Shown: positions 39,650 to 50,784, counted from the first letter of the whole stretch. The stretch is 63,733 nucleotides of DNA, filler included, from 6 parts of 6 records of this genome joined end to end with filler, not necessarily neighbours in it, one strand, 5' to 3'. Program-made: numbers and translations. The notes: generated by a model from the letters alone, not told the origin.

Positions 39650-40339
39650 TCAAGTCACATGCACAATCCGCAACAGCAATTCAACCAGGGCCTCGGCCGG
39701 TTCGCCGATGACCCACCAGAATATCTCCCATCGATGGCCAAGGGCTTCGCCAACCCAAGGGATCACGAAAAACGCACCCAGTATAATCACGATTCCAGCC
39801 CGTTCCAGCCGCGCCAGTGGTCTTGCCAGGACTTTCGGCAGTAACCCGACCATGACCCGCCCCCCGTCCAAAGGCGGAACCGGCAGCATATTGAATACCG
39901 CCAGCAACAGATTGATCCAGATGGCGGCGTACAGGGTCGATACGTACCACTCGCGAAAGGCCCCGGTTACGAAAGGTGTTGTATGAAGCAGAACCGCCGC
40001 CGCCAACGCCATGACGACATTGGTTGCCGGGCCGGCGATGGCGACCAGCACCATGTCGCGCCGGGGTTTGTTCAGGCGCCAGAAATTTACCGGTACGGGC
40101 CGGGCGAAGCCGAACATCATGCGTCCGCCGCTGGCCAGCAGCAGCATCGCCGGCAACAAAACCGTTCCGAAGGGATCGATATGGCGAATTGGATTGAAAG
40201 TGACCCGACCCAGGCGATAGGCCGTGTCGTCACCCAGTCGCCATGCGACCCAGCCATGCGCCGCTTCGTGCAGGGTCACCGCCAGGACGACCGGTACCGC
40301 CCAGACGGCCAGATTGAAAAGCAAACCCGAAAAATCCAT
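39650..40339 (-). CDS. Site-2 protease family (M50) membrane peptidase
   Basis: HEAAH, AGPATN, FNMLPVPPLDGG. Confidence 0.92.
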   Translation of the reverse strand: MDFSGLLFNLAVWAVPVVLAVTLHEAAHGWVAWRLGDDTAYRLGRVTFNPIRHIDPFGTVLLPAMLLLASGGRMMFGFARPVPVNFWRLNKPRRDMVLVAIAGPATNVVMALAAAVLLHTTPFVTGAFREWYVSTLYAAIWINLLLAVFNMLPVPPLDGGRVMVGLLPKVLARPLARLERAGIVIILGAFFVIPWVGEALGHRWEIFWWVIGEPAEALVELLLRIVHVT

Positions 40340-41367
40340 CAGTGCGCTTTTCCTTTAAGAAGTGAGGTCAGCCGCGCCAATGCCTCGTCGCGGTCGAGGG
40401 GTTCGGGACGCCGGCGCATGGCTTCGGCCAGCGAAATGCGGGCCCTGGCATTTGCCGACAGGGGCGTGCAATTGGCGGCAACGTCCTTCATCTCGGCCAT
40501 ATCGCCGTTGCAGTGCAAGGCGATGTCGCAACCGGCGCCAAGGGCCGCGGCGGCACGTTCGCCGACGGTTCCGGCAAGGGCGTTCATGGACAGATCGTCC
40601 GAAATCAACACACCGTCGAACCCGATATGGGAACGGATCACCGATTCGACGACGATGTGGGACGTGGTTGCCGGTTGCTTGTCGTCGAATTCGGTAAACA
40701 GGATATGCCCGGTCATCCCCCAGGGCATGTCGCGAAGGGCGCGGAAAGGAGAAAAATCCTCGGTATGCAGGTCGGTCAGATCGGCATCGACGATCGGAAG
40801 CGCCTGATGACTGTCGACCATGGCGCGGCCGTGACCGGGAATGTGCTTGATCACCGGCAGAATCCCGCCTTCCAGAAGTCCCTCGGCGATGGCGCGGCCG
40901 ACGATGATGACGATGTCGGCGGATCGGCTTGGCGCCCGATCACCGATGACATCGTTGGCGCCGGCCTGTGGAATATCGAGGACAGGCGCGCAATTGTGGC
41001 TGATTCCAAGCTCATGCAGGTCGTGCGCGATCAGGCGGGCGTTGAGGCGTGCCGCCTCGGTTCCGCGGCTGGGCGAGGCCGCCGCCTTGCGTCCGAATAC
41101 GGCAGCCGCCGGCGCGTCCCGCCAATGAGGCGGTTTCAGGCGTGCCACCCGGCCGCCTTCCTGATCGATCAGTACCGGCGCATCGTCGCGGCCGACGCTT
41201 TCGCGCATTGAACCGACCAAAGCACGGACCTGGTCAGGCGTATCGCAATTGCGCGCGAAAAGAATAAACCCCAGCGGATCGGCATCGGCGAAGAAGGCGC
41301 GTTCCTGATCCGTCAGGGCGGGACCGGAACAGCCGAAAACGGCGGCAAGTGGCATCGCGGCGCTCAC
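40339..41367 (-). CDS. nagZ: Beta-N-acetylhexosaminidase (GH3)
   Basis: GFILFARN, DQEGGRV.RL, APVLD, KHIPGHG...DSH, SDDLSM. Start is GTG 41367 or ATG 41355. Confidence 0.93.
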   Translation of the reverse strand: MSAAMPLAAVFGCSGPALTDQERAFFADADPLGFILFARNCDTPDQVRALVGSMRESVGRDDAPVLIDQEGGRVARLKPPHWRDAPAAAVFGRKAAASPSRGTEAARLNARLIAHDLHELGISHNCAPVLDIPQAGANDVIGDRAPSRSADIVIIVGRAIAEGLLEGGILPVIKHIPGHGRAMVDSHQALPIVDADLTDLHTEDFSPFRALRDMPWGMTGHILFTEFDDKQPATTSHIVVESVIRSHIGFDGVLISDDLSMNALAGTVGERAAAALGAGCDIALHCNGDMAEMKDVAANCTPLSANARARISLAEAMRRRPEPLDRDEALARLTSLLKGKAH

Positions 41368-41374
41368 TCCCGCC

Positions 41375-41796
41375 CTATCCTTCCGGCCTGACGACGAGAC
41401 AGCCGACCTTGCGTTCGGCCAGTTCCTTGCACAGGGCCTTGGCCGCCGCCTCATCGGCGATGGGACCGGCGCGCAGCCGGAAAAATACGCCTTTTGCCGG
41501 ACCCAGGTCGGCCCGCATGACCGACAGTTTCAACGACCCGAGCAGATCGCTGTGACGGCGACGCAGGCGGTCCCATTCGCTATCGACCGCGGTCCGTTCG
41601 CGGACGGCGGCCAACTGGATTCTATAGCCGCCGTCAGCCGAAACGGCCGGCGCCGTTTCTGTCGGTTTCGGAGCCGATGCCGGCTGTTTTGGCGGCGGCG
41701 TTTGCAAGACCGATTCGGGCTTTTCCGGTTGCGGCGCCGGCGGCGGCCGCATGGCGGTCAATACCTCGTTGACGGTCGGTGCGGTCGTTTTCGGCA
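41375..41796 (-). CDS. SPOR-domain cell division protein (5' partial)
   Basis: Pro-rich linker, then YRIQLAAVR...RADLG..KGVFFRLRAGP...C..L....GC. Confidence 0.85.
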
Positions 41797-41896
41797 NNNN
41801 NNNNNNNNNNNNNNNNNNNNNNNNNNNNNNNNNNNNNNNNTTAATTAATTAANNNNNNNNNNNNNNNNNNNNNNNNNNNNNNNNNNNNNNNNNNNN
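41797..41896. other. Artificial contig linker
   Basis: 44 N + TTAATTAATTAA + 44 N. Confidence 0.99.
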
Positions 41897-41921
41897 CCGA
41901 ATCAACTCAAAAGGAAGCGTT

Positions 41922-42230
41922 ATGAAAAGAAACGGGATAAAACTACTCCTCATGGTTTGTGTCACAATTGCAGCCACAAATGTTCAGGCATCAGGCTCCC
42001 AGGTTGATATAGAGTTAGGATGTGTCTCTGTAGCTAACAAAGACGTGTCAATCAAAACGGGTAACTGTAGTACTACCAGAATCGAAACAGTCGAAAGAGT
42101 GAAAGTTGTAAAGGTGGTGGAAGACAAACATCATCGAGGTCATCCAGTGCATGGGAAACACCCCGGAAAGAAGAAAGGGCACAATAAAGAAACGTATATA
42201 GTCATGCCCGAGGATAAGCACAAACAGTAA
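41922..42230 (+). CDS. Small secreted His/Lys-rich hypothetical protein
   Basis: AAGGA RBS, Sec signal peptide (VQA), two Cys, HHRGHPVHGKHPGKKKGH. Confidence 0.7.
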   Translation: MKRNGIKLLLMVCVTIAATNVQASGSQVDIELGCVSVANKDVSIKTGNCSTTRIETVERVKVVKVVEDKHHRGHPVHGKHPGKKKGHNKETYIVMPEDKHKQ

Positions 42231-42243
42231 AGTTTAGAACAAC

Positions 42244-42272
42244 AAAAAGGGATGCTACCTAGCATCCCTTTT
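42244..42272. terminator. Bidirectional intrinsic terminator
   Basis: AAAAGGGATGCTA-CC-TAGCATCCCTTTT between convergent genes. Confidence 0.85.
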
Positions 42273-42293
42273 ACATTGACGACTTATGACAAA

Positions 42294-43742
42294 TTAAACG
42301 TCGTAAGTTGTAGAAGCGGTATCACCGCCTGTACCCGTCCAGTTAGTGTGGAAGAACTCACCACGTGCACGGTCTGTACGCTCATATGTGTGAGCACCGA
42401 AGTAGTCACGTTGAGCTTGTAGCAGGTTCGCTGGAAGGCGAGCTGTTGTGTAACCGTCTAGGAAGGTTAGCGCAGAAGTCATACATGGCATAGGAATACC
42501 AACTTCCATAGACTTAGCCGCAACTTTACGCCATGCAACTAGGCTACCTTGAAGGATACCTTTGAAGTAGTCGTCTGAACCTAGGAATGCAAGTTCTGGG
42601 TTGTTCTCGAATGCATCACGGATGTTGCCTAGGAATGCCGAGCGGATGATACAACCGCCACGCCACATCAGTGCTACGTTACCGTAGTTTAGATCCCAGC
42701 CGTTCTCGTTTGATGCTTCGCGCATTAGCATGAAGCCTTGAGCGTAAGAGATGATCTTAGACGCAAGCAGTGCTTGACGTAGCGCATCAACCCACTCTTT
42801 CTTATCGCCTTCAACTGGAGTGATAGTTTTACCAAACAGTTTTTCAGCTTCAACACGTTGATCTTTCAGTGCAGACAGACAACGAGAGAATACAGACTCA
42901 GAGATTAGCGTTAGCGGAATGCCTAGGTCTAGTGCGTTGATACCTGTCCATTTACCGGTACCTTTTTGGCCAGCAGTATCCAGGATTTTCTCAACCAGAG
43001 GTTCACCGTCTTCATCTTTGTAGCCAAGGATGTCAGCTGTGATTTCTACTAGGTAGCTGTTTAGTTCAGTCTTGTCCCAGTCAGCAAACACCGCTTGCAT
43101 TTCATCAGCGGACATACCCAGACCATCTTTCATGAACTGGTAAGCTTCAGTGATAAGCTGCATGTCACCGTATTCGATACCGTTGTGTACCATTTTAACG
43201 AAGTGACCCGCACCGTCGTTACCAACCCAATCACAACATGGTTCGCCAGCGTCAGTTTTCGCAGAGATACCTTGGAAAATAGGCTTAACCGCTTCCCAAG
43301 CTTCAGGTGCGCCGCCAGGCATGATTGAAGGTCCGAAACGCGCACCTTCTTCGCCACCAGAAACACCAGTACCGATGAAGTGGATGCCTTTTTCACGTAG
43401 CGCAGCCACACGACGGTTAGTGTCTGGGTAGTTAGTGTTACCACCATCAATGATGATGTCGCCTTTGTCTAGCAGTGGCACTAGTTGGTCAATGAAAGCA
43501 TCAACAACTGCGCCAGCACGAACCATAAGCATTACTTTACGTGGTGCTTCTAGTTTCTCTACTAGCTCTTCCAGAGAGTAAGCACCAATGATGTTAGTGC
43601 CTTTAGCTGGACCTTCTAGGAATTCGTCAACTTTTGACGCAGTACGGTTGTGAGCAACTACTTTGAAGCCGTGGTCGTTCATGTTTAGGATCAGGTTTTG
43701 ACCCATAACCGCCAGGCCGATTACACCGATATCACCTTTCAT
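42294..43742 (-). CDS. gnd: 6-phosphogluconate dehydrogenase, decarboxylating
   Basis: GLAVMG, DGGN, VSGGEEGA, KMVHNGIEYG, QKGTGKW, QRDYFGAH. Confidence 0.97.
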   Translation of the reverse strand: MKGDIGVIGLAVMGQNLILNMNDHGFKVVAHNRTASKVDEFLEGPAKGTNIIGAYSLEELVEKLEAPRKVMLMVRAGAVVDAFIDQLVPLLDKGDIIIDGGNTNYPDTNRRVAALREKGIHFIGTGVSGGEEGARFGPSIMPGGAPEAWEAVKPIFQGISAKTDAGEPCCDWVGNDGAGHFVKMVHNGIEYGDMQLITEAYQFMKDGLGMSADEMQAVFADWDKTELNSYLVEITADILGYKDEDGEPLVEKILDTAGQKGTGKWTGINALDLGIPLTLISESVFSRCLSALKDQRVEAEKLFGKTITPVEGDKKEWVDALRQALLASKIISYAQGFMLMREASNENGWDLNYGNVALMWRGGCIIRSAFLGNIRDAFENNPELAFLGSDDYFKGILQGSLVAWRKVAAKSMEVGIPMPCMTSALTFLDGYTTARLPANLLQAQRDYFGAHTYERTDRARGEFFHTNWTGTGGDTASTTYDV

Positions 43743-43755
43743 TTCTTTCTCTCCT

Positions 43756-44472
43756 TCACGCAATCTTTGCTGCTGCGTCTAAATCTAAATACCACTCTGT
43801 TTCACCAGTCTTAGACTGGATTTTAGCTGCTGGGTAAGGAAGGTCTGCAGCTGGAGTAGTGTGAATTTCATGTACGATCTCAGTTTTTCCTGCACCAAGA
43901 ACGAGATAACTAATGCGTTTTGCCGCTTCGAGAACTTTCGCAGTTTTTGATACGCGAAGCTGACCCGATTCAGGATGAGTAGCAATAATTGATAGGTTCT
44001 CATCTTCGTAATTTGTTACGTTCGGGAATAGTGATGCCGTGTGGCCATCAGCCCCAACGCCTAATAGAATCCAGTCGAAAACAGGCGTACCGTTTTCAGA
44101 TGGGATGACATCCGCCATCTCTTTTGCAAAACGTTCTGCTTCTGCTTGTGGTTCATCTTCACCACGAATGCGATGAATGTTTTCAGCAGGCAAGTTTACT
44201 TGACTGAACAGCAGTGCGTTCGCTTCGCCGTAGTTGCTTTCAGCATCATCCGGTGCCACACAGCGCTCGTCACCCCACCAGAAGTGTAGGTTGTTCCACT
44301 GAATGGTTTCAGCGTAAGGAGCACTTGCCAGAAGCTTAAACAGCATCTTAGGCGTGCTACCGCCTGAAAGTGAAATGTGTACAGGCTTTCCTTGCTCGCT
44401 GTAGCTTTTCATTTCATTAGCTAGTGTTTCAACGACCTGCTCTGGAGTTTTAAATATCTTATGGTTGATCAT
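43756..44472 (-). CDS. pgl: 6-phosphogluconolactonase
   Basis: [32 protein letters not shown]. Lies between zwf and gnd. Confidence 0.95.
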   Translation of the reverse strand: MINHKIFKTPEQVVETLANEMKSYSEQGKPVHISLSGGSTPKMLFKLLASAPYAETIQWNNLHFWWGDERCVAPDDAESNYGEANALLFSQVNLPAENIHRIRGEDEPQAEAERFAKEMADVIPSENGTPVFDWILLGVGADGHTASLFPNVTNYEDENLSIIATHPESGQLRVSKTAKVLEAAKRISYLVLGAGKTEIVHEIHTTPAADLPYPAAKIQSKTGETEWYLDLDAAAKIA

Positions 44473-45974
44473 AGTTCGCAGTAATCCGTGTCAGTTAGGT
44501 TTTTACAAGGGAAGCGCCATTCTCTGCCATCTTTAGTCAGCAGTTCATCAGACTCTCTAGGGCCCCAAGTACCACATGCGTATCCGTAGAGTGATTGTGG
44601 ATCTTGTTTGAAATCCAGAATCGGTTGAACAAACTTCCAGCAGGCTTCTACCGCATCAGTGCGGGCAAACAGGGTTGCATCGCCATTTAATGCATCTAGA
44701 AGTAGACGTTCGTAAGCGGTCAGCATCTTTGTTTCTTCCAAAGATGTGTAGTGGAAGTTCATCGAAACTTCTTTCGCTTTAAATCCTGCGCCTGGCTCTT
44801 TTAAGCCAAAGCTCATAAGAATACCTTCATCAGGTTGGATACGAATAATAAGTTTGTTTTCAGGTGCGTTTTGCCCGAAGACAGGGTGTGGTGTGCGCTT
44901 AAAGTGAATAACCACTTCAGTTACACGTGTTGGTAAGCGTTTACCCGAACGAACATAGAACGGAATACCGTTCCAACGCCAGTTATTGATAAACATTTTT
45001 AAGCCGACATAGGTTTCTGTACGAGAATCGTCAGCCACGCCTATTTCATCACGGTAGCCCGGTAGGAAGTTGCCACGCACTTCGGACTCTGTGTATTGAC
45101 CTAACACTAGGTTATTACGTAGGTCATCTTCAGAAAGAGGCTGAAGGCTTTGCAGTACTTTGTTGACTTCGTTACGAATTGAATCAGCGTTGATAGCGGC
45201 TGGTGGTTCCATACCGACCATTGCTAACACTTGCAGCAAGTGGTTTTGGAACATATCGCGTACTGCACCAGAACCATCGTAGTAGCCACCACGCTCTTCA
45301 ACACCTAAGAACTCTGCACCCGTAATCTCAACGTAGTCGATGAAGTTGCGGTTCCAAAGTGGCTCAAACATACCGTTGGCAAAACGGAACACCAATAGGT
45401 TTTGAACGGTTTCTTTACCTAAGTAGTGGTCAATACGGTAGATCTGGTGCTCTTTGAAGTGGTGGTGGATCTCGATATCCAACTCTTGTGCAGATTTTAA
45501 ATCGTAGCCGAATGGTTTTTCGATAATGAGACGTTTCCAGCCATCTTTTTCTTCATTTAAACCGTGAGCAGCTAAACAAGATGGAATAACACCATATAGG
45601 CTTGGCGGAGTAGCGAGGTAGAACAGAGTATTACGTTGTTCGAATCCGTAATCATTTGAAAGTGTCTCTAAACGGTCTTTCAATTTTACGTAATCATCGA
45701 CGTCCGATGTATTGATTGCTTGATAGTGAATGTATTCACAGAATGCATCAAGAATCTCTGGTTCAGTTTTCTCTAATTCTTGAAGCGAGCGTTTCAATTT
45801 TTCACGGTAGGAATCGTCACTGTATTCAGTTCGACTCACGCCTAAGATTGCAAAGGATTCTGGCAGTTGATTGCTGGCATAGAGGTGATACAAAGCAGGA
45901 ATCAGCTTGCGGTAGGTTAAATCGCCCGAAGCACCAAAAATAACGATGCTGCTGTTTTCAGGTATTACCATCAT
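44469..45974 (-). CDS. zwf: Glucose-6-phosphate 1-dehydrogenase
   Basis: [30 protein letters not shown]. Start is ATG 45974 or 45971. Confidence 0.97.
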   Translation of the reverse strand: MMVIPENSSIVIFGASGDLTYRKLIPALYHLYASNQLPESFAILGVSRTEYSDDSYREKLKRSLQELEKTEPEILDAFCEYIHYQAINTSDVDDYVKLKDRLETLSNDYGFEQRNTLFYLATPPSLYGVIPSCLAAHGLNEEKDGWKRLIIEKPFGYDLKSAQELDIEIHHHFKEHQIYRIDHYLGKETVQNLLVFRFANGMFEPLWNRNFIDYVEITGAEFLGVEERGGYYDGSGAVRDMFQNHLLQVLAMVGMEPPAAINADSIRNEVNKVLQSLQPLSEDDLRNNLVLGQYTESEVRGNFLPGYRDEIGVADDSRTETYVGLKMFINNWRWNGIPFYVRSGKRLPTRVTEVVIHFKRTPHPVFGQNAPENKLIIRIQPDEGILMSFGLKEPGAGFKAKEVSMNFHYTSLEETKMLTAYERLLLDALNGDATLFARTDAVEACWKFVQPILDFKQDPQSLYGYACGTWGPRESDELLTKDGREWRFPCKNLTDTDYCEL

Positions 45975-46281
45975 CTTTCCCTTAGAAACTAGGTGTACCC
46001 TACATACTTCAACGTGCGCGGTTTGAGTGGTTAACACACTCATCAACGCACAACTTAAAGCCGTTGGGGTGTATTTTGTAATGCAGTTAGCGTAGCAGTG
46101 CATTACACAAATAAGTAATTGGTTTTGTCTATTCTTGTCATTAGAAAAACCGAAACGCCCTCAGTACGCAATGTCATTATTTTACACTGGACATCGGGAC
46201 TAACATGGCCGCTTTTCACTCAGGTGAAAAGCGAACCTTTTTGAGAGGGGTATTGTCTACGACAATTTGACACACATCAAC
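45975..46281 (-). promoter_or_regulatory. Candidate sigma70 promoter and long (about 270 nt) structured 5' leader of zwf
   Basis: Minus-strand TTGATG-N17-GACAAT at about 46280-46252; hairpins at 46210-46233, 46077-46107 and about 46014-46051. Confidence 0.45.
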
Positions 46282-46378
46282 TATTGATAGCGCAATCGAT
46301 TAACTTTTGTTCGATTAGTGACCATATAATCATGTGAGTGTTTCAAAACGGCCGAAATTTGTGACATGTTCTACCAGT

Positions 46379-49252
46379 TTAGAACTGCTGTTTCATATAA
46401 GCTTTCACCAATTTGATGTGCAGTTGCTTGTCAATGACGCTGTGTTGGAACTTATCTAGGAACATATCTGCGTACTGTTGATAGACGTTGTGCTCCAAAA
46501 ACAGTAGATAGATCTTAGGATCTATATGACCGGAAGTGGCCATTTTGGTCATGATGTTAATCGACTCTTCAACCGTTTTGGCTTGCTTATATGGTCGGTC
46601 ATTCGATGTCAGTGCTTCAAACACATCGGCAATGGCCATGATCTTGGCCTGCACAGACAGTTCTTCGCCATTTAGTCCTCTTGGATAGCCTTTGCCATCA
46701 ACACGTTCATGGTGACCGCCCGCAATGTCTGGGACATTTTTAAGGTGTTCAGGGTAGGGTAAACGTTGCAGCATGGTAATGGTTTGAACGATATGGTCAT
46801 TAATCATAAAACGTTCTTCATCGTTAAGAGTGCCAGCTCGAATGGAGAGATTATACAGTTCACCTCGGTTGTACCTATGATCTCCGGGTTGTAATACAAA
46901 GTCTTCGTGCCAGTTATCTTGTGGCGAGTTGTTGGCTTCCCACGGCACTTGATGAACGGGTTTGTTTACCAATACGTTTTCCATCACTGGAAGTGGTTGT
47001 TTTTCACCGACACGTTGAGCCTCTAGCCATGAAATACCCAACTGGTCATCGATGGTACGTTTCCACTGCCTTTGAGCAATGGACTGCAAGCGAGAGACAT
47101 CTTCATCTGACATATACTCGCCACCAATATTACATTGGGCGATAAATGCGAAATCATCATCAAGTGCTTGTTGCGTGTCTAACATTTCGCGTTTTAATTG
47201 TTCTGCATCGCCACCATCACTGACTGCTTGCCAGTAATCGATTTCAGCTTGAGCTTTGAGAACCTCAAAGCGCATACGTACCTCATGGATACGATCGTAT
47301 ATGGTTTCTAACTTGGTCGCTTTATCGACCACATACTCAGGGGTGGTGACTTTGCCACAGTCGTGTAACCAAGCCGCTAAATCTAACTCTTCCCACTGCT
47401 GGCTGGTCAGTGAGAAATGACGGTAGTAGTGGTTATCTTTCTCTGCAATTTCGGCAAGAATTTTGGTTAGTACAGGCACTCGTTGGCAATGCCCCCCGGT
47501 ATAAGGGGATTTGGTATCGATAGCAGATGCGATAAGCGCGACAAACGCGTTCAACATATCTTTTTGTTGTTGAATCTTATCAATATTGTCTTTTGCGATT
47601 TCGGCAAAACTGAGTAGTTCGCGCAAAAATGCATGTTTATCGTACTGTTCGGCGGTGATGCTGCGTTCGTAGCCAAGGTTTAGTACTCCAACTAACTGCT
47701 TCTGTCTATTGAGCAATGGGAACAGGTAGATGTCAGAGTTGTAAAGATGGTCCTCGTGCTTTCTCAGAATGTTATCTCCTCGTTGCAAATGCACCGTTTC
47801 GCCTTTAGTCAGCTCTGCCATCAGCCAAGGAGTGCTACTGACGAGTTGATTGAGATCGATTTTGAATGGAATGATGGCGTGATTGGCCACATTGATGAAA
47901 CCGCCCTTGTCCGGGTTGTAAGTATAGAGCTGTATCGTCTCTGCTTTGGTGACCAGATAGCTTTGATGGGTCACCGTCTTGGCTAACACTCCAAACTCCT
48001 GATTTGACGCTGTATCTCTTAATAGTCGCAATAAGTCATGTAGCGTGTGTTCCATCAGTTCGATGGATTTGGTGAGGTTAGAAACCTCTTTAATCATACT
48101 TTTGGGATAACGGGTTTTTTTAAAGTCAAAACGAGCGATGTTATCGGTGAGCTCCATTAGCGTCACCAAAGGTTTAGCTAAACGTGAAGAAATAATCCAA
48201 ACCGCGGTAAAGCAGATTAGCAGTAGCACGACGGCGGCCTGTACCTGTTTATCCCTCATGGATAATAAGTTGGCGATTAAATCGTTTTGCGGTGTCGCAT
48301 CAGCCAGCAGCAAGTGTACTTGTGGGGTCAAGGCAACGGGCGTTAAGGTCACAGACCATGACTGACCATCTTGTTCTATCGATTGATAAATAGCGGAACT
48401 GCTAACTCGATTGGCCACAGACGCGAAAATACTGGTTTTTAATTTCTGTTGTGTCGTTGTTTCATTATCACTGACGTCTAGCAGTGAATTGTGTTCTGCC
48501 AGTACTTTAAATTGGTGGTCAAACAGAGCGAGTTTGGCGTTCTGAGAAAATCCGATGTTCGACAGTTCTTCCGAAAGAGAATCTAAGGTGAAATCTGCGC
48601 CAACGACTTGAGAACCATCTGCCGAGCGACGTGAAAGGGTAATACCAGGTGTTTGGAATAGATAAAAAACGTAGGGCTCTGTCATTCGAATCACATCATC
48701 GTTCTGCGCGGACCGGTACCAAGGCCGAGTTCTGGGATCAAACTGATTGTCCATATGATTGACGTAACCCACTTGATTCAGACTGTTGTCGAAAAAAATG
48801 TAGTTGTTGGTGCCGTCTATCTTAGTGTAATTAATGAAAAGGGTCGCTTGACTCGGAGCGTTGACTCGTTGTTTTGTTTGATCATCAATGAGTGGGCGAA
48901 CGATAGTAAAGTCACCGTCGTTATTACCAAAATACAATGCGACCAGGCTGCGTTGGCGTTCAAACAACAGCCTCATCGACGATAACCAACGTGCTTGTTC
49001 TGTCGGTGGCTCTTTCGCGTCGACAAAGTTGCTATACGCCATGAAATCGAGAGTGGAAATAACCGGAGAAATATTTTGTTGGAACGTTGATTCCAGCTTT
49101 CGACCGTTTTCTTGGCTTAGGTTTTGCGCACTGCCACTCAACAATTCTGTAGCATGCTGAGAACTAATGCCAATAAGAACAAAGCCCACGATTGCCGTGA
49201 GGATGATGAACAATGTCCCTATATGTATGCTCAGCGAGTAGCGACGCTTCAT
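46379..49252 (-). CDS. Membrane HD-GYP phosphodiesterase (Cache-HAMP-GAF-like-HD-GYP)
   Basis: Two TMs flanking a Cache region (FDPRTRPWY), HAMP, KSPYTGGHCQRV, LHDCGK, HHERVDGKGYP, ADVFEALT..DRPYK. Confidence 0.9.
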   Translation of the reverse strand: MKRRYSLSIHIGTLFIILTAIVGFVLIGISSQHATELLSGSAQNLSQENGRKLESTFQQNISPVISTLDFMAYSNFVDAKEPPTEQARWLSSMRLLFERQRSLVALYFGNNDGDFTIVRPLIDDQTKQRVNAPSQATLFINYTKIDGTNNYIFFDNSLNQVGYVNHMDNQFDPRTRPWYRSAQNDDVIRMTEPYVFYLFQTPGITLSRRSADGSQVVGADFTLDSLSEELSNIGFSQNAKLALFDHQFKVLAEHNSLLDVSDNETTTQQKLKTSIFASVANRVSSSAIYQSIEQDGQSWSVTLTPVALTPQVHLLLADATPQNDLIANLLSMRDKQVQAAVVLLLICFTAVWIISSRLAKPLVTLMELTDNIARFDFKKTRYPKSMIKEVSNLTKSIELMEHTLHDLLRLLRDTASNQEFGVLAKTVTHQSYLVTKAETIQLYTYNPDKGGFINVANHAIIPFKIDLNQLVSSTPWLMAELTKGETVHLQRGDNILRKHEDHLYNSDIYLFPLLNRQKQLVGVLNLGYERSITAEQYDKHAFLRELLSFAEIAKDNIDKIQQQKDMLNAFVALIASAIDTKSPYTGGHCQRVPVLTKILAEIAEKDNHYYRHFSLTSQQWEELDLAAWLHDCGKVTTPEYVVDKATKLETIYDRIHEVRMRFEVLKAQAEIDYWQAVSDGGDAEQLKREMLDTQQALDDDFAFIAQCNIGGEYMSDEDVSRLQSIAQRQWKRTIDDQLGISWLEAQRVGEKQPLPVMENVLVNKPVHQVPWEANNSPQDNWHEDFVLQPGDHRYNRGELYNLSIRAGTLNDEERFMINDHIVQTITMLQRLPYPEHLKNVPDIAGGHHERVDGKGYPRGLNGEELSVQAKIMAIADVFEALTSNDRPYKQAKTVEESINIMTKMATSGHIDPKIYLLFLEHNVYQQYADMFLDKFQHSVIDKQLHIKLVKAYMKQQF

Positions 49253-49563
49253 ATTAAGTTCCCATTATAAAGGTCTTGGACCTTTGAAGTTAAAATTAGC
49301 TCGGGCAAAACGTATTTCCATTAAAGAACAAGCGATATAGATGCAGCTTTGTGAGTAAATGGCTTGTTCTCTGTCTTGATTAAGTATTGACTAAGATTGG
49401 TTTCTTGCAAATTTAATCTCTGTTAGTACATTGAAAAATAGAGAAAATCGGTATCGGAACGTAATTCGATATGGTTTAAAAACGTGATAACAAGCCCCGT
49501 TGATTGGTAACTAAAATTCGGGACTGATACACTGATTGTTCTGTTGCATATAGGTGTGTAGAA

Positions 49564-50310
49564 ATGAAACTCGTCGTAGATACTCATACCCATACATACG
49601 CAAGTGGTCACGCGTATAGTACTTTGATTGAGAATGCTAAATTAGCTAAAGAAAATGGTCTGGCCATGTTCTGTATGACAGACCACGCTGAGACTATGCC
49701 TGGCGCTCCTCATTACTGGTTTTTTGCTAATCAACGTGTGATTCCCCGCTTTTTAGAAGGCGTCGCTGTCATTCGGGGCATAGAGTCCAATATTTTAAAT
49801 ACCGCTGGTGAAGTTGATATCCATCCATCGGTTGATGACAAGCTCGATTGGGTGATTGCCAGTTTCCATGAAGCGGTGTTCAGACCGTCAACCAGAGACG
49901 ACCATACTCAAGCTTTGATCAACGTGATCAAAAGTGGACGGGTGGATGCACTAGGGCATTTAGGTAATCCAAATTATGATTTTGACTTTGAAGCGGTGAT
50001 TGCGTGTGCCGCTGAATATAATGTGGCGATTGAGATAAACAACAGCACGTTAAAAGGGCACAGTCGAGTTGGCAGCATTGAGCGGTGTTATCAGATCGCG
50101 GAAATCGCAAAAGCTTGCGGGGCATGGATAACCACGGGTAGTGATGCTCATTTCTGCCATGATGTCGGCGTATTGACCAAAGCTGAAGAACTGCTGAACA
50201 AAGTGAAGGTTGACCCTTCTAAAGTGATTACTCATACTGCGAGCCAGTTTTTGGCGTTTTTGCAACTTCGAGGCCGAGAGCCAATAGAAGAGTTCGCTGA
50301 TTTAGCTTAA
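49564..50310 (+). CDS. ycdX: PHP-family phosphatase (YcdX-like)
   Basis: [32 protein letters not shown]. Confidence 0.9.
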   Translation: MKLVVDTHTHTYASGHAYSTLIENAKLAKENGLAMFCMTDHAETMPGAPHYWFFANQRVIPRFLEGVAVIRGIESNILNTAGEVDIHPSVDDKLDWVIASFHEAVFRPSTRDDHTQALINVIKSGRVDALGHLGNPNYDFDFEAVIACAAEYNVAIEINNSTLKGHSRVGSIERCYQIAEIAKACGAWITTGSDAHFCHDVGVLTKAEELLNKVKVDPSKVITHTASQFLAFLQLRGREPIEEFADLA

Positions 50311-50376
50311 CAAATCGAAAGCAAAATATAATGACAACAGGGTTAGCCCAATAGATTGAAAGTAAAGGTAATGTTG

Positions 50377-50763
50377 ATGAAAAAATTAGTCACTTTAAGT
50401 GTCGGCTTATTGTTGTCCACTCAATTGTTCGCTGCAGATTTTGATTTGAAAGCGGCAATGAAAGAGATGAAACGCAACTTCAAACAGGCTGCTCAAGCGC
50501 AAAGTGTCGAAGAGATGCAAGCGCCTATCCAGCAGCTCAGTGAACTGGTTGAGCAAGCGAAATTGGGTGACTACCCACCAGAAAAGCAAGATATCTACCT
50601 GGAAGGTTTTAATAAACTTACAGTCGCTTTGGATAAAATTGACAGTGAGCTCGATGCGGGTGAGTTCGATGCGGCAAAGAGCTCGCTAAGAGAAGTGGAT
50701 AGCTTACGTGAAGAGTACCATGACAAACGTAATCCAAGTATTTGGCAGTCGATTTTTGGCTAA
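50377..50763 (+). CDS. cybC: Soluble cytochrome b562 family protein
   Basis: Signal peptide, a Met near the mature N-terminus (LKAAM) and C-terminal R.EYH heme ligands; four-helix pattern. Confidence 0.78.
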   Translation: MKKLVTLSVGLLLSTQLFAADFDLKAAMKEMKRNFKQAAQAQSVEEMQAPIQQLSELVEQAKLGDYPPEKQDIYLEGFNKLTVALDKIDSELDAGEFDAAKSSLREVDSLREEYHDKRNPSIWQSIFG

Positions 50764-50784
50764 TCACTAAGCAAAACTATTGAT

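Noticed and set aside
30498-41796. Dense operon with tat, scpAB, surE, pcm and nlpD
   Set aside because: This is a well-known conserved alphaproteobacterial housekeeping region; nothing unusual was seen.
45975-46103. N-terminal extension of zwf in the ORF track (and similar extensions of ino1, nagZ, tatA, tatB, nlpD, yajC and the AAA ATPase)
   Set aside because: These are longest-ORF artefacts; family-like sequence and, in several cases, a clear RBS begin at downstream starts.
46077-46107. TGTAAT...ATTACA as a HexR operator for zwf
   Set aside because: The 19-bp spacer is much longer than in HexR sites as I recall them. It was kept only as a possible RNA hairpin.
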